In this document: piece by piece, positions 1 to 10,519 of the stretch | Position numbering within the stretch: position 1 is the first letter of the stretch | Layout of the letters: each line of letters begins with the position of its first letter | Virus record (IMG/VR): IMGVR_UViG_2974513674_000001 | Location: 48,226-112,225 of that record | Reading direction: 5' to 3' (one strand) | DNA length: 64,000 bases | DNA from: a virus | Taxonomy: Duplodnaviria > Caudoviricetes | Position numbers and translations under genes: made by a program | The notes under the pieces: model-generated | The model's input: only the letters and a program-made list of their open reading frames with translations | Database searches by the model: none | What the model was told of the DNA's origin: nothing

Positions 1-84
1 AGCCGATCTGACATCCACCCGCCCGCTGCCAGGTGAGTCCACTGCGGACTTCATCAAGCGCCGGGCAGCACTGAAGGTAGCAAA

Positions 85-1476
85 ATGAACTCGCACAACA
101 TCATGCACGCGATCAACGAGATTGCCGGCGCGTCCGGTAAGAACGACAAGATCGAACTGCTCCAGCGTCACATGGTCAACCCGGAGTTCCTCGAAGTCCT
201 GAACCTGGCCCTGAACCCGTTCATCACGTTCGGTCAGCGCCCTGGTCGTTACACCGGCTTCGCTGGCACGTTCATGTGGGACGAGAACACCGTCGCCATG
301 CTGATGTCGATGGCATCCCGTGACCTCACCGGCAACGCTGCGCAAGCTGCAATGCAAGCAGAGTTCAGCCGGCTTGAAGAGCAGTCGGCCGAGCTGTTGT
401 GGCGCGTGATCAACAAAGACCTGAAAGCAGGCTTCGGTGAGAACAGCGTGAACAAGGTCAAGAAGGACTTCATCCCGTCCTTCTCCTACATGCGCTGCTC
501 GCTGCCGAAAGACGCGAAGCTCGACACCTGGCCCTGGAACACCGGTGCAATCAGCCAGATCAAGGCCGACGGCATGTTCTTCAACGCCGACATCGACGCC
601 TCGTTCGTCAACTTCACCAGCCGCCAGGGTCAACCGTTCCCAGGTGAAGGCTTCGAGGCCCTGGCCCAGAACTTCAAGGACGCATTTGCGCACCTGCTGG
701 TCGATGATCATCGCGAAGGCATCCAGACTCACGGTGAGCTGCTGGTCGAAGACGAACATGGCCAGGTGCTACCGCGTGAAGTCGGCAACGGCATGATCAA
801 CAAGCTGATCCAGGGTAGCGCGCTGCCACCCGGTCACAACCTCACGGCGCTGCTGTGGGACGTCGTGCCGAAAGAGAACACCGGCAAGAAGGGCAAGTAC
901 GAAGTTCCCTATCTGCAACGTCTGCGCTTGCTCAATAGCGCTGTGGGTATGCTGCAAGCGAAGCGGGAACATCGTCTGATCAGCGTCATCGAAACTCGCG
1001 TGGTTCGCAGCTACGAAGAAGCGATGGCCCACTACATGGATGCCCGCCGCCGCAAGCTCGAAGGCACCATCGTCAAGAAGCCCACCATGATCTGGAAGGA
1101 CGGCACGTCCAAAGACCAGGTGAAGCTGAAGCAGGAAGTTCCTGTTGAGCTTGAGGTCTACGGCTTTGAAGAAGGCAAGCCAGGCGCGAAGACCTGTCTG
1201 ACGTTTGGCGCTCTGAAGACCCGGACCAAGTGCGGTCTGCTGAAGGTTGACGTGGGCACCGGGTTCAGCGACGAGCTGCGCCGCGAAATCAACGAGGCTC
1301 GCGAAGAGTGGATCGGGGCCATCATCACTGTGAAGGGCAACGAAATCATGGTGAGCAAGGACGGCAAGAAAGAGCACAGCATCTTCCTACCAGTCTACGT
1401 CGAGCGCCGCCTGGACAAGAACGAAGCCGACACCTATGAGCAGGTCGTCGCCCAATTCGAGGCAGCGGTGAAATGA
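85..1476 (+). CDS. lig: ATP-dependent DNA ligase
   Basis: KxDG adenylation motif (QIKADG), motif IV EGTIVK, motif V KLK, C-terminal OB fold (VGTGFSD...FLPVYVERRLDK). Confidence 0.93.
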   Translation: MNSHNIMHAINEIAGASGKNDKIELLQRHMVNPEFLEVLNLALNPFITFGQRPGRYTGFAGTFMWDENTVAMLMSMASRDLTGNAAQAAMQAEFSRLEEQSAELLWRVINKDLKAGFGENSVNKVKKDFIPSFSYMRCSLPKDAKLDTWPWNTGAISQIKADGMFFNADIDASFVNFTSRQGQPFPGEGFEALAQNFKDAFAHLLVDDHREGIQTHGELLVEDEHGQVLPREVGNGMINKLIQGSALPPGHNLTALLWDVVPKENTGKKGKYEVPYLQRLRLLNSAVGMLQAKREHRLISVIETRVVRSYEEAMAHYMDARRRKLEGTIVKKPTMIWKDGTSKDQVKLKQEVPVELEVYGFEEGKPGAKTCLTFGALKTRTKCGLLKVDVGTGFSDELRREINEAREEWIGAIITVKGNEIMVSKDGKKEHSIFLPVYVERRLDKNEADTYEQVVAQFEAAVK

Positions 1477-1658
1477 GCCGATCTAACTTCATGATCGAAA
1501 TCGCCAACAGCGAGCGCACCGAACCACGATTCATCACGGTGTTCGCCGAAGACGAAGACCACGCCCGCAGCATGGGTGAAGTCGCCGCCGACTCGATGCG
1601 CGAGGACTTCCACAACGGCCGGGAGTTCTATGTGGAGCTGGTGACAGCGCTCGAATAA
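1473..1658 (+). CDS. hypothetical protein
   Basis: ATGA overlap with ligase stop; codon usage like neighbours. Confidence 0.65.
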   Translation: MSRSNFMIEIANSERTEPRFITVFAEDEDHARSMGEVAADSMREDFHNGREFYVELVTALE

Positions 1659-1673
1659 CTACCTCACTGGGAG

Positions 1674-1704
1674 CCGCGTGCTCCCAGTTCTATTCGCGCA
1701 TAAT
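1674..1704 (+). promoter_or_regulatory. CC-N8-CC-N13-CATAAT promoter (first of a family of more than 20 copies, see findings)
   Basis: CC 1674-75, CC 1684-85, CATAAT 1699-1704, CC/GG-free to 1745. Confidence 0.7.
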
Positions 1705-1755
1705 TCAACTCGTATTCAGACGCAATTAAACGCTAATTCAAACAGGTCGAAATCA

Positions 1756-3840
1756 ATGGATCGCACCCAACGCATCGTCATCATGCGAGAGGCAATCACG
1801 AAGATTGCCCAAATCTTGACGGACAGCAAAGTCCTCGTCACCCAAGCGGGTGTGAAGGCATTCGTCAAGTACGACGACCGCACGCACAAGGCAACTCGGG
1901 TGAACATCCCGATGATCCCGGACGACGCCAGCGACGAGCTGATCGAAGGGATTCAGGGCTTCCTTGACAGCGAAATCTCCAAAGTCCTGTACGCAGACGG
2001 CAAGTCGAACCTGCGCGCAGCTCATGAGAACATGAGCGGCCTGTACAACCCGCTTGAGTCCTTCTTCTGCGAGAAGGAAATGGTCAAGAACTTCGCGGGT
2101 TCGCGCCACAACCTGGCGAACATGCACCAGACCTTCGTGGACAAGTTCATCGAGCCGAAGCTGAAAGAAGCCCTCGCGAACGGTGCCGAAGAGCAAGAGC
2201 TGTTCCAAGTCCTCGCGATCCCAGCACTGCGTGCCTGGGGCGGCCAGAAGTTCTTCATCGACTACATGAGCGACAAGTGGTCGCTGATCGCCGGCATTCA
2301 GAAGCAGCTCGACCCAGTCGCCAAGAAGATGCAGGGTATGACCAAAGCGTCTGACTGCTACGACATGGCGAAAGAGATTCGCAACGTCGTGATGGGCGAA
2401 CCCCCTGAAGGCGACGGCGATAACCCGTTCGGTGACGAAGACCCGAGCAAGTCCGGTAAGGGCGGCGGAGGTGGAGGCGCAGGTGGTCGCGGTGGCAAGT
2501 CAGGCGCGAAGGGCAAGCAGCCTCCGAAAGCAAACAAGGGTGCCGGCGCAGGCGAACTCGGTGACGAAGAAGACGAAGACCCAAGCGCTGCCGGCGGTGG
2601 TGGCAAGCCCGAACTCGAAGACGACGAGAAAGAAGAGGGTGAGGACGGCGAAGAGGATGATGATGACCTCGACGACGATGAAGAGGACGAAGGCGATGAC
2701 GAAGGTGATAAGCCTGAGCGTCGTGAAGAAGAGTCCGGTGAGGGTGGTGACGGCATCAGCTCTCAGCAAGAGAACCAGGGTCCGAAAGAGGACACTGAGT
2801 CCGCTCAGTCTGAATACGGTGGCGCCAACTACCTGAAAGACTTCGACTGGAACAAGACCCAGGACATCGGCACTGAGTTTGGCCAGTACGTCAGCGACCT
2901 GTGCTCCACTGAAATGGCTGAAGAGGACTACACCGTCTTCACCCGTGAGTGGGACCAACTCGAAGCTCCAAAAATCCCATCGTCGTACAGCCCAAAATGG
3001 CTCGAAGACATGGAGAGCGCAATCGCGGGCATGGTCGGCCCAGTGTCTCGCAACCTTGAGCGTGCGTTTGCAGCCCGGAACAAGTCGCTCACCCAGCAGG
3101 GTCTGCGCAAAGGCAAGATGTCGTCGAACAACCTGTATCGACTCGTCGCCGGCGACGACCATATCTACAAGAGCAAGATCGAGCACAAGACCCGGGAGAT
3201 TGCCGTGTCGCTGGTGATCGACTGTTCGGGCTCGATGGGTGGCTCCAAGATCCACACTGCCATGTGCAGCGCCTGGGTACTTGCTGACGTCCTGGGTCGC
3301 CTGGGTGTCGAGTGCGAAATCATGGGCTTCACCACCGGTGACCTGTACGCACAGCGGTCGAAAGACCTCTACAAAGAAATGTGCGACGAGCACGCCGCCG
3401 GCAGGGAATGGGACCGCTGCGAGCCACTGCGACTGCCGATGTTCAAGACCTTCAAAGAGAAGTTCTCCATCGAAGTCAAGAAGCGGATGGCCAGCTATGC
3501 GCACGTCCAGTCTTCGATGGCATCGAACATCGACGGCGAGTCGATCCAGTATGCCTACGAGTCTCTGAACCGACACGCCAATCGGGGTAAGAAGAAAGGC
3601 AAGATGATGATCGTCTTCAGCGATGGTCAGCCAGCAGGTGGTGTATCCAGTGCCAAGCTGAACGCCCACTTGAAAGCAGTGGTCAAGCGGATCGAGAAAG
3701 ACGGTACGAATATCGTCGGCGTCGGCATCATGTCCAACGCTGTGCAGCACTTCTACCGTAAGAACGTGAAACTGGACAACGTCGCCGACTTGCCGGGCAT
3801 CGTCCTGAATCAGTTGCGGGACGCGCTGCTTGCCAGCTAA
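1756..3840 (+). CDS. CobT-like von Willebrand A domain protein
   Basis: MIDAS DCSGSM and FSDGQP motifs, long acidic/Gly linker; start moved to ATG 1756, downstream of the promoter. Confidence 0.85.
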   Translation: MDRTQRIVIMREAITKIAQILTDSKVLVTQAGVKAFVKYDDRTHKATRVNIPMIPDDASDELIEGIQGFLDSEISKVLYADGKSNLRAAHENMSGLYNPLESFFCEKEMVKNFAGSRHNLANMHQTFVDKFIEPKLKEALANGAEEQELFQVLAIPALRAWGGQKFFIDYMSDKWSLIAGIQKQLDPVAKKMQGMTKASDCYDMAKEIRNVVMGEPPEGDGDNPFGDEDPSKSGKGGGGGGAGGRGGKSGAKGKQPPKANKGAGAGELGDEEDEDPSAAGGGGKPELEDDEKEEGEDGEEDDDDLDDDEEDEGDDEGDKPERREEESGEGGDGISSQQENQGPKEDTESAQSEYGGANYLKDFDWNKTQDIGTEFGQYVSDLCSTEMAEEDYTVFTREWDQLEAPKIPSSYSPKWLEDMESAIAGMVGPVSRNLERAFAARNKSLTQQGLRKGKMSSNNLYRLVAGDDHIYKSKIEHKTREIAVSLVIDCSGSMGGSKIHTAMCSAWVLADVLGRLGVECEIMGFTTGDLYAQRSKDLYKEMCDEHAAGREWDRCEPLRLPMFKTFKEKFSIEVKKRMASYAHVQSSMASNIDGESIQYAYESLNRHANRGKKKGKMMIVFSDGQPAGGVSSAKLNAHLKAVVKRIEKDGTNIVGVGIMSNAVQHFYRKNVKLDNVADLPGIVLNQLRDALLAS

Positions 3841-3930
3841 ACCCCATAGCTTCCCCAAACGTGCGCTCTTACAATGAGCGCACTCAAACGAAACAAGCAA
3901 TTTCAATTTTAAACAAACGAGGATTCACCA

Positions 3931-5157
3931 GTGAGCGATAAAATCAAGTGCGAAATCTGCGGCGAAGAAGTTCACAGCATCGCCAACCACCTGAAGACTG
4001 CGCACAACGAGGACTCGGCCAAGCCGATGGACCTCGAAACTTATCGCGCTACCTATCCGGGCGCTGAAATCTTGTCCGAGCTGGGCAAGAAGAAAATGGC
4101 CGAAATGAAAGCCAAGCGTGAAGCTGAAGAAGCCAAGACCGCTGCTGCGAACCCTGAAGCTGGCGCCAAGCCTGCTGCATCGACCAACCCGGACATCGCG
4201 AAGGTCTTCTTCCACGAAGTCTTCAAGTTCCCGAAGAGCCCCAAGTCGGCCTTCACCAAAGCCGGCACCGGCATCCCTTGCACTGCTGACGCCCGTGATA
4301 GCAGCGTCGATGGTCACATGATCCCGGCCTGGTCCGACAACTACATCCTGAACCCAGACCTGACGAAGACCGTCATGATGGCGTTCGAGATTCGCACCCC
4401 GATCTTCCTGTATGGTCACTCGGGTGTGGGCAAGTCGTCGATCTTCAAGCAAATGTGTGCCGGCCTGAACCGCCGTCTGTTCCGCTTCCAGCACACCGTT
4501 GACACCGAAGAGTCGCACATCGTTGGTCAGTGGGTCGTCAAGCCTCACATCAACCCGGATGGCTCTGCTGTATCGGTCACTGAGTTCGAGCTGGGTCCAT
4601 TGCCAATGGCCATGCTCAACGGCTGGACCTACCTGGCTGACGAAATCGACCGTTCGTCTCCGACTGTTCTGTCCGCGTATCAAGCGATTCTCGAAGGCGA
4701 GCCGCTGATCATCAAGAACGCCCCTGCTCACCTTCGTGTGATCAAGCCGCACCCGCTGTTCGCGTTCGCTGCAACTGGTAACACCAACGGCACCGGTGAC
4801 CAATCCGGTCTGTACCAAGCAACTCTGACCCAAGACGCCGCGACCATCGAGCGTTTCGGTGTTGTAGCGATGGTGGACTACCCACCAGAGAAGCAAGAAA
4901 TCGCCATGATCGCAGCAGCGACTGGTCTGTCCGAAGCTGACGCGAAGCGTATTCGCCAGTTCGCTGACGAGATTCGCACCAAGTCGTTCCCGAACATCGT
5001 GTCGCTCACCATCGGCCCGCGTGTTGCGATCAACATCGCTCGCATCGGCATGATGAAGGCTGACTTCGTAGAAGGCGCGCTGTATGCCTACTGCAACCGT
5101 CTGCCTGAAGCTGAGAAAGAAGCAGCACTGGGTGTCGCGAAGCGTATCCTGGCGTAA
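3931..5157 (+). CDS. CobS/MoxR-like AAA+ ATPase with N-terminal C2H2 zinc finger
   Basis: Walker A GHSGVGKS, Walker B LADEID, sensor ATGN, Arg finger ERF; CEIC...H...H; adjacent to vWA gene. Confidence 0.88.
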   Translation: MSDKIKCEICGEEVHSIANHLKTAHNEDSAKPMDLETYRATYPGAEILSELGKKKMAEMKAKREAEEAKTAAANPEAGAKPAASTNPDIAKVFFHEVFKFPKSPKSAFTKAGTGIPCTADARDSSVDGHMIPAWSDNYILNPDLTKTVMMAFEIRTPIFLYGHSGVGKSSIFKQMCAGLNRRLFRFQHTVDTEESHIVGQWVVKPHINPDGSAVSVTEFELGPLPMAMLNGWTYLADEIDRSSPTVLSAYQAILEGEPLIIKNAPAHLRVIKPHPLFAFAATGNTNGTGDQSGLYQATLTQDAATIERFGVVAMVDYPPEKQEIAMIAAATGLSEADAKRIRQFADEIRTKSFPNIVSLTIGPRVAINIARIGMMKADFVEGALYAYCNRLPEAEKEAALGVAKRILA

Positions 5158-5173
5158 CATCGGCAGTAACTGA

Positions 5174-5202
5174 GAAAGCAGGTCTTCGTGACCTGCTTTT
5201 TT
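5174..5202 (+). terminator. intrinsic terminator
   Basis: AAAGCAGGTC-ttcgt-GACCTGCTTT followed by T-run. Confidence 0.75.
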
Positions 5203-5226
5203 GTCTTCATCGTAGGAGTTCGGCGG

Positions 5227-5769
5227 ATGCAATTCGATAAACCCGGATGTTTCGGGAACGCAATCACCTACAGCGTCAAGTCCAAGTCATGCCAGGAGTG
5301 CGAAGAGAGCCACTCATGCGCTCTGGCAGCCCGTCAGCGGATCGAAGAGCTTCGATCCCTCATCAGCGTAGAGGCGATCCTCAAAATGTCCCACAAGAGC
5401 CCGGAGAAGCCTGTAGAGAAGACCAGGTTCGACGCTGACTTGCCTGAGACAGCCCAGAAACTAATCGCTATGCTTCCTGACAACGCGCAGCGCACAGCAG
5501 CGCAGTTACTCAGGCTGAAGGTGAACTTCAGAAAGCACCTGATCGAAGGCATCAACCCGATCAAGAACCAGAAGCCGCTCGCGGTAGCCGTTCTGTTCGA
5601 CCTGCTTCTGAAAGGGCCAGTAGAACGCATCACCTATCTGTTGGAGCTGAAGAATGTTCTCGGACACAGCCCGGCAGTAGCAGCAAGTCAAGCCGCAATT
5701 GGGGTCGCTGTCGTCGTGGGGCTGGGTATTGCCAAACGCGAAGGCGAGAATCTGATTATCAGGAGATAG
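5227..5769 (+). CDS. hypothetical protein (N-terminal Cys cluster)
   Basis: AGGAG RBS; C...CxxC...C; directly upstream of dnaE. Confidence 0.7.
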   Translation: MQFDKPGCFGNAITYSVKSKSCQECEESHSCALAARQRIEELRSLISVEAILKMSHKSPEKPVEKTRFDADLPETAQKLIAMLPDNAQRTAAQLLRLKVNFRKHLIEGINPIKNQKPLAVAVLFDLLLKGPVERITYLLELKNVLGHSPAVAASQAAIGVAVVVGLGIAKREGENLIIRR

Positions 5770-5770
5770 A

Positions 5771-8700
5771 ATGAACAACCTCTTAGGGGCCAAGACCCAC
5801 TTTAGTCTCGGCGAATCCATCTACGACCCGGAAGCCCTCGTCAAAAAGGCAGAGCTTGCCGGGTACGATGGCATTGTCGTGACCGATGTCGAATCAATCG
5901 ACTCGATGCCAATCCTGGCGGGCAAGGCGAAGGGCCTGCAAGTAGGACTGGGCGTGCAAATCTCAGTCGTCCAAGACCTGACCTGGGTCGCAGCCAAACG
6001 GGGCGAGCCCAAGCGCGCGCCAAACCCGTTCTTCATGCCCACTCTGTTTGTTCGGAACGATGCCGGCTTCGCGGACTTGTGCGAGCTGTTGACCCTCGCC
6101 CAGAGCGAAGATCACTTCTGCACGAAGCCAAGCCGTATGCAGATCGACCTGAGCGAGCTGCTGGCGTTCGTGCAGCGGGGCAACCTAACGATGACGCTGG
6201 GAAGCGCTTATAGCGCGCTACAGCACAAGCAACGCGAAGCGCTGCTAGATGCGTGCTGCGATGTCTTGGACGTCTCACAGATGCTCTGTGAGCTGATCCC
6301 AGTTAGCAGCGCATTCTATGATCGACACAACTTCAACACGCTGAAGCTGATGCAGGAACGGGGCATCGAAGGCATCGTTACCAGGCCGACCCTCAATCAG
6401 AAAGACGAGGTCAGCTTCCGCAACACGATGAACTCGATCCTGTCGCACGACAAGGTCGACAGCACCTGGCGCCGCGAGCCGCCCGAAGACCTGCACATCA
6501 TCGAAGCAACCGAAGTGGTCACACACGTCGGCACCCTGATCGAACGCATGGTCAAAATGGGGTTCGATGATGACGCGGCAACGGACATGATCAATCAGGC
6601 TTGGTGCAAGAACCAGGCGTACTTCACTGACCACCCGTACAAGTGGTCGAAGATGACCCCGAGCCTGCCCGTCATGTCTGCCAACCCAATGGCTGACATC
6701 GTCGCGATCTGCAAGCAAGGCTGGAAAGAGCGCCTGGGCAAAGAGGTGTTCGGGTACAAGCCTGACGCAAGCCTGCTGCCCAAGTACCAGGAGCGCCTGA
6801 AGTATGAGCTGTCGATTCTCCAGAAGATGGAGTTCGAGCCGTACTTCCAGCTCGTTCACTACATCGTCAACTGGTCGAAGAACGACGGCATCATGGTTGG
6901 CCCGGGTCGGGGTTCGGTAGGTGGTTCGCTCGTTGCGTACCTGATGGGGATCACCGACGTGGACCCGATCCGCTTCGACCTGATCTTCGAGCGCTTCATC
7001 AACCCGGAACGTATCGACTTGCCCGACGTCGACCTCGACTTCATGTCCAGTCGCCGTCAAGACATCGTCGACCACCTGGTGAGCAAGTTCGGCGACGAGC
7101 GTGTCGTCCAGATCGCCAACTACAACACCATCGCCGGTGCTGGTGCGATCCAAGCGGTGGGCAAGGCTCACGGCCTGCATGAGAGCCAGTACGAGTGCTC
7201 GAAGCTGGTTCCGAAAGAGTCGGGCGTGCCAATCCCTCTTGAGAAAGCGGTCGCGTTCGTGCCCGAACTTGAGAAGCTGGCTCTGAACCACCCTGAAGTC
7301 TGGGCAGCGTCCGTCGGCCTGCAAGGCACCTTCAAGAACTTCGCCAAGCACGCAGCCGGTGTCGTCGTAGCCGGTACTGACATCGTGGGTCGCGGCGTAG
7401 TGAACCGGCGCCAGGGTGTGGGTATCGTGAACTGGGACAAGCGGGTCGTCGAAGACTTCGGCTTGATCAAGCTCGACGTGCTGGGTCTGTCCAACTTGGA
7501 TATTCTCCGTCTCGCACGGGACTACATCCGCGAAGCGCACGCAATCGAGGTCGACTTCACCACGCTTCCGCTCGACGACAAGAAAGTCCTGGACAGCTTC
7601 GCAGCGGGCAAGACCTATGGCGTGTTCCAGTTCGAGTCTGGGGGTATGCGCAAGCTGCTCAAGGAACTCGGCAGCGGGGGCAATCTGACCTTTGAAGACT
7701 GTGTCGCCGCAACAGCACTGTTCCGACCCGGCCCAATCCAAGCTGGCCTGATGGACCTGTACGTGTCGATCAAGAAGGAATTCACCGAGCCGGAGTATCT
7801 GCACCCGAACATGAAAGCCGCACTGGAGCCCACGATGTCTGTGATGGTCTACCAGGAGCAGGTCATGCAAATCTCCCGTGACCTCGCCGGCTACACGTTC
7901 CCAGAGGCAGACGGCCTGCGGAAGATCATGGGTAAGAAAGACCCGGTCAAGATGGCCGAGCAGCGCGACAAGTTCGTCGATGGCTGTATCGCTACGTCTG
8001 GATTGGATCACGCAACCGCAACCTTCATCTTTGAGCAGATCGAGAAGTTCGCTGGCTACGGCTTCAACAAATCCCACTCCGTCGCGTACACCCTCATTTC
8101 CTACATGACCATGTGGGTGAAGGTCTACTACCCAGAGGCGTTCTACGCCGCGTGCTTGTCGATCTTGGACGAGCAGAAGCTCTCAGGGCTAGCCAAAGAC
8201 GCGCAAGCGAACGACATCTACATTGTCCCGCCTGACATCAACCACAGCTCAGGGCGGTACGAGGTGGGCTTTGATGCGGCACGGGGTCAGAAGATTCTGT
8301 ACGCACCGTTCCAGTCGATCAAAGGCATGAGCGACAAGTCGGCCGCTGCGATTGTGGCAGCACGTCAGAAGCTGGGTCGCGGCTTCAAGAATAAAGCGGA
8401 GCTGATCCTCGAAGTGGACCGGCGCGCTTGCAACAAGCGTCACCAGGAAATGCTGGACAAGATCGGGGCATTCGCCAAGATCGAACCTGGCCAACTGGAC
8501 GCCCGACACCCGGATCGGTTGCGTGACCAGAAGGAGCTGCTGCCGGGCATCGTCGTCAGCAACGTGAAGGCGGAGAGGGTGATCGAAATCACTGGCGATG
8601 TCAGCGCAGAGCTGATCCAGATCGTCGACGACTTCCAAGCACACAAAGGCTGCGACGGCTGTCCGTTCATTGGTCGACCGCACCCTATGCCAGTCCTGGG

Positions 8701-9163
8701 CAAGAAGCCGAAGATCATGATCGTCCTCGATGGCCCATCGTACAAAGAGGAAGAGAAGGGTCAGATGATGGTCGGTGACACCGGCGCATTCATCAAGGCT
8801 GCGATGACGAAGGCTGGGCTCAAGATGTCTGAGGTCTACGTGACCAGCTACATCAAAGCCCGCAAGCTGAAGGACGAGGAAATCGAGAACACGACCGCGA
8901 ACGGCTGCGGCCGCTATCTCAACCGTGAAATCGACCTTCTGAAGCCGCCGGTGATCGTCGCCCTGGGCAGCAAGTCCGTGCGGCAACTGGTGCCGGACAT
9001 CAAGGGCGGGTGGGAAGAGAACTGCGGCAAGTCGTTCTTCGATCCAAAGGCCGACTGCACAGTGGTCAGCGGTTTCAACCCGGCGATGATCTGCTTCGAC
9101 GGCGCGAAACAGGCTCTGCTCGACCAGGTGTTCCAACAGGTAGCTGACATCTTCAGCGTATAA
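5771..9163 (+). CDS. dnaE: DNA polymerase III alpha-like (family C) fused to a degenerate UDG-like domain
   Basis: GPGRGS, PDVDLDF, KLDVLGL, FRPGP, YGFNKSHS motifs; C-terminal ~200 aa resembles family-4 UDG (CDGC...PKIMIVLDGPS...LKPPVIVALG...FNPA). Confidence 0.93.
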   Translation: MNNLLGAKTHFSLGESIYDPEALVKKAELAGYDGIVVTDVESIDSMPILAGKAKGLQVGLGVQISVVQDLTWVAAKRGEPKRAPNPFFMPTLFVRNDAGFADLCELLTLAQSEDHFCTKPSRMQIDLSELLAFVQRGNLTMTLGSAYSALQHKQREALLDACCDVLDVSQMLCELIPVSSAFYDRHNFNTLKLMQERGIEGIVTRPTLNQKDEVSFRNTMNSILSHDKVDSTWRREPPEDLHIIEATEVVTHVGTLIERMVKMGFDDDAATDMINQAWCKNQAYFTDHPYKWSKMTPSLPVMSANPMADIVAICKQGWKERLGKEVFGYKPDASLLPKYQERLKYELSILQKMEFEPYFQLVHYIVNWSKNDGIMVGPGRGSVGGSLVAYLMGITDVDPIRFDLIFERFINPERIDLPDVDLDFMSSRRQDIVDHLVSKFGDERVVQIANYNTIAGAGAIQAVGKAHGLHESQYECSKLVPKESGVPIPLEKAVAFVPELEKLALNHPEVWAASVGLQGTFKNFAKHAAGVVVAGTDIVGRGVVNRRQGVGIVNWDKRVVEDFGLIKLDVLGLSNLDILRLARDYIREAHAIEVDFTTLPLDDKKVLDSFAAGKTYGVFQFESGGMRKLLKELGSGGNLTFEDCVAATALFRPGPIQAGLMDLYVSIKKEFTEPEYLHPNMKAALEPTMSVMVYQEQVMQISRDLAGYTFPEADGLRKIMGKKDPVKMAEQRDKFVDGCIATSGLDHATATFIFEQIEKFAGYGFNKSHSVAYTLISYMTMWVKVYYPEAFYAACLSILDEQKLSGLAKDAQANDIYIVPPDINHSSGRYEVGFDAARGQKILYAPFQSIKGMSDKSAAAIVAARQKLGRGFKNKAELILEVDRRACNKRHQEMLDKIGAFAKIEPGQLDARHPDRLRDQKELLPGIVVSNVKAERVIEITGDVSAELIQIVDDFQAHKGCDGCPFIGRPHPMPVLGKKPKIMIVLDGPSYKEEEKGQMMVGDTGAFIKAAMTKAGLKMSEVYVTSYIKARKLKDEEIENTTANGCGRYLNREIDLLKPPVIVALGSKSVRQLVPDIKGGWEENCGKSFFDPKADCTVVSGFNPAMICFDGAKQALLDQVFQQVADIFSV

Positions 9164-9235
9164 CCCATAGAAACCCCAGCGTCAGCGCGCTTTAATAGCG
9201 TCTGACGCATTCACACAAACAGCGAGACTCAACCG

Positions 9236-10516
9236 ATGAAAGAAGCAAACGACATCGACGAGCTGGAAGCCCTGCTTTCTGGTCTTAACGAAGACGAACT
9301 GAACCAGCTCGAAGAGTTGGATACGCCTGTGGCCAAGCCAGCGCCTGTCACCGACGACGATGTCACCGACGCAGAACTGATCGGCGAAATCGAAGACGAG
9401 CCAGCCGCAGCACCTGCAAAGCCTGTGAAGCGTGTGAAACGTCTCAAGCCTCTGCCGGAAGAAACCCCGAAGCCGACTGCTGAAGCGTCTGACGAAGACG
9501 CAGAGCTGGCCGCCCTGGCAGAACTCGACACTCAACCTGTGATCGAGAAGGCCCCAGAGCCTGAACCTGAGCCCGAACCCGAGCCTGAAGTAGAAGCCGG
9601 CAACCCAGGCACCGGCGCAAGCGCTGCTGAAATCGTAGCCGAGCAAGTGATCGACCTGCTGACCACCCTGCCGCCGCAGTACGGCCTGGCTGAAGACGAA
9701 GACCTGTCTGAAATCTTCGACCCGATCCTGAACCGCATCACCGAGAACTCGAAGATCCACTTGATCGAGAAGGCGTTGCGCAAGGCTCTGATCAAGAAGA
9801 CTGGCCTGGACCCGACCGGCATTGTCACCCCACTCGAAGAACAGCCTGCGAAGACTGTAACCACCGAAGAAGTGACCGTGCATGTAGAGCCTGTCGTCGA
9901 GAAGACGCCTGAACCCGAACCCGAGCAAGCCGGCGACAGCGATGCTGAACTCGAAGCCTTGCTGGCAGCAGTCCCTGAAGTAGCCCCAGCTCCGAAGGCA
10001 ACTGTCACCTCCCCGTCGAAGCCGGTAGCAGTAACCCCGACTCGCAAGGCCGGTGGTCTGAACACCTTCATCGACGCTGACCAGTTGCAGAAAGACCTGC
10101 ACTTCACCGAGTTGACCATCAACGATGGCATGACCCGGCAAGCAGCGCTGTTCGCTCACTACGCCCGGTTGTCTGCTGACGCCACGTATCAGTCTGACCG
10201 TGCGAAGCAGCAAGTGGACCTCCTGGAAGCGCAGCTCAACCAGAAGTTCCGTGATTCGCTGGTCACAGCCGGCACCAAGTTCACTGAAAAATCCATCGAC
10301 TCGATGGTCATCCAGGACAGCAGCTACCAGGCCGCCCAGGAACGCGCTCACGAAGCGAAGGCTATCGCGTCGATGGTTGCATCTGCGGCGGACAGCTTCC
10401 GTCACCGCAAAGACATGCTGATCCAAGTTGGTGCAGACCTGCGCCTGGAGAAGCAGGGTGAACTTCGCATGAAGGCGCACCCGGGTCAGAGCGCCCTTGA
10501 TCAACTGGAGAAATAA
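9236..10516 (+). CDS. acidic Pro/Glu-rich protein with C-terminal helical domain (possible UvsY-like recombination mediator)
   Basis: low-complexity N-terminus with PE repeats; helical C-terminal ~130 aa; lies near SSB and RecA. Confidence 0.5.
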   Translation: MKEANDIDELEALLSGLNEDELNQLEELDTPVAKPAPVTDDDVTDAELIGEIEDEPAAAPAKPVKRVKRLKPLPEETPKPTAEASDEDAELAALAELDTQPVIEKAPEPEPEPEPEPEVEAGNPGTGASAAEIVAEQVIDLLTTLPPQYGLAEDEDLSEIFDPILNRITENSKIHLIEKALRKALIKKTGLDPTGIVTPLEEQPAKTVTTEEVTVHVEPVVEKTPEPEPEQAGDSDAELEALLAAVPEVAPAPKATVTSPSKPVAVTPTRKAGGLNTFIDADQLQKDLHFTELTINDGMTRQAALFAHYARLSADATYQSDRAKQQVDLLEAQLNQKFRDSLVTAGTKFTEKSIDSMVIQDSSYQAAQERAHEAKAIASMVASAADSFRHRKDMLIQVGADLRLEKQGELRMKAHPGQSALDQLEK

Positions 10517-10519
10517 CGA

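Noticed and set aside
2400-2830. GAC/GAA-rich low-complexity DNA (also 9300-10050 and 10930-11040)
   Set aside because: It encodes acidic or Ser/Gly linkers and is not an independent DNA repeat.
5771-9163. Inteins or introns in dnaE, nrdA or recA
   Set aside because: Lengths and motif spacing are normal, with no intein terminal motifs or ORF interruptions.
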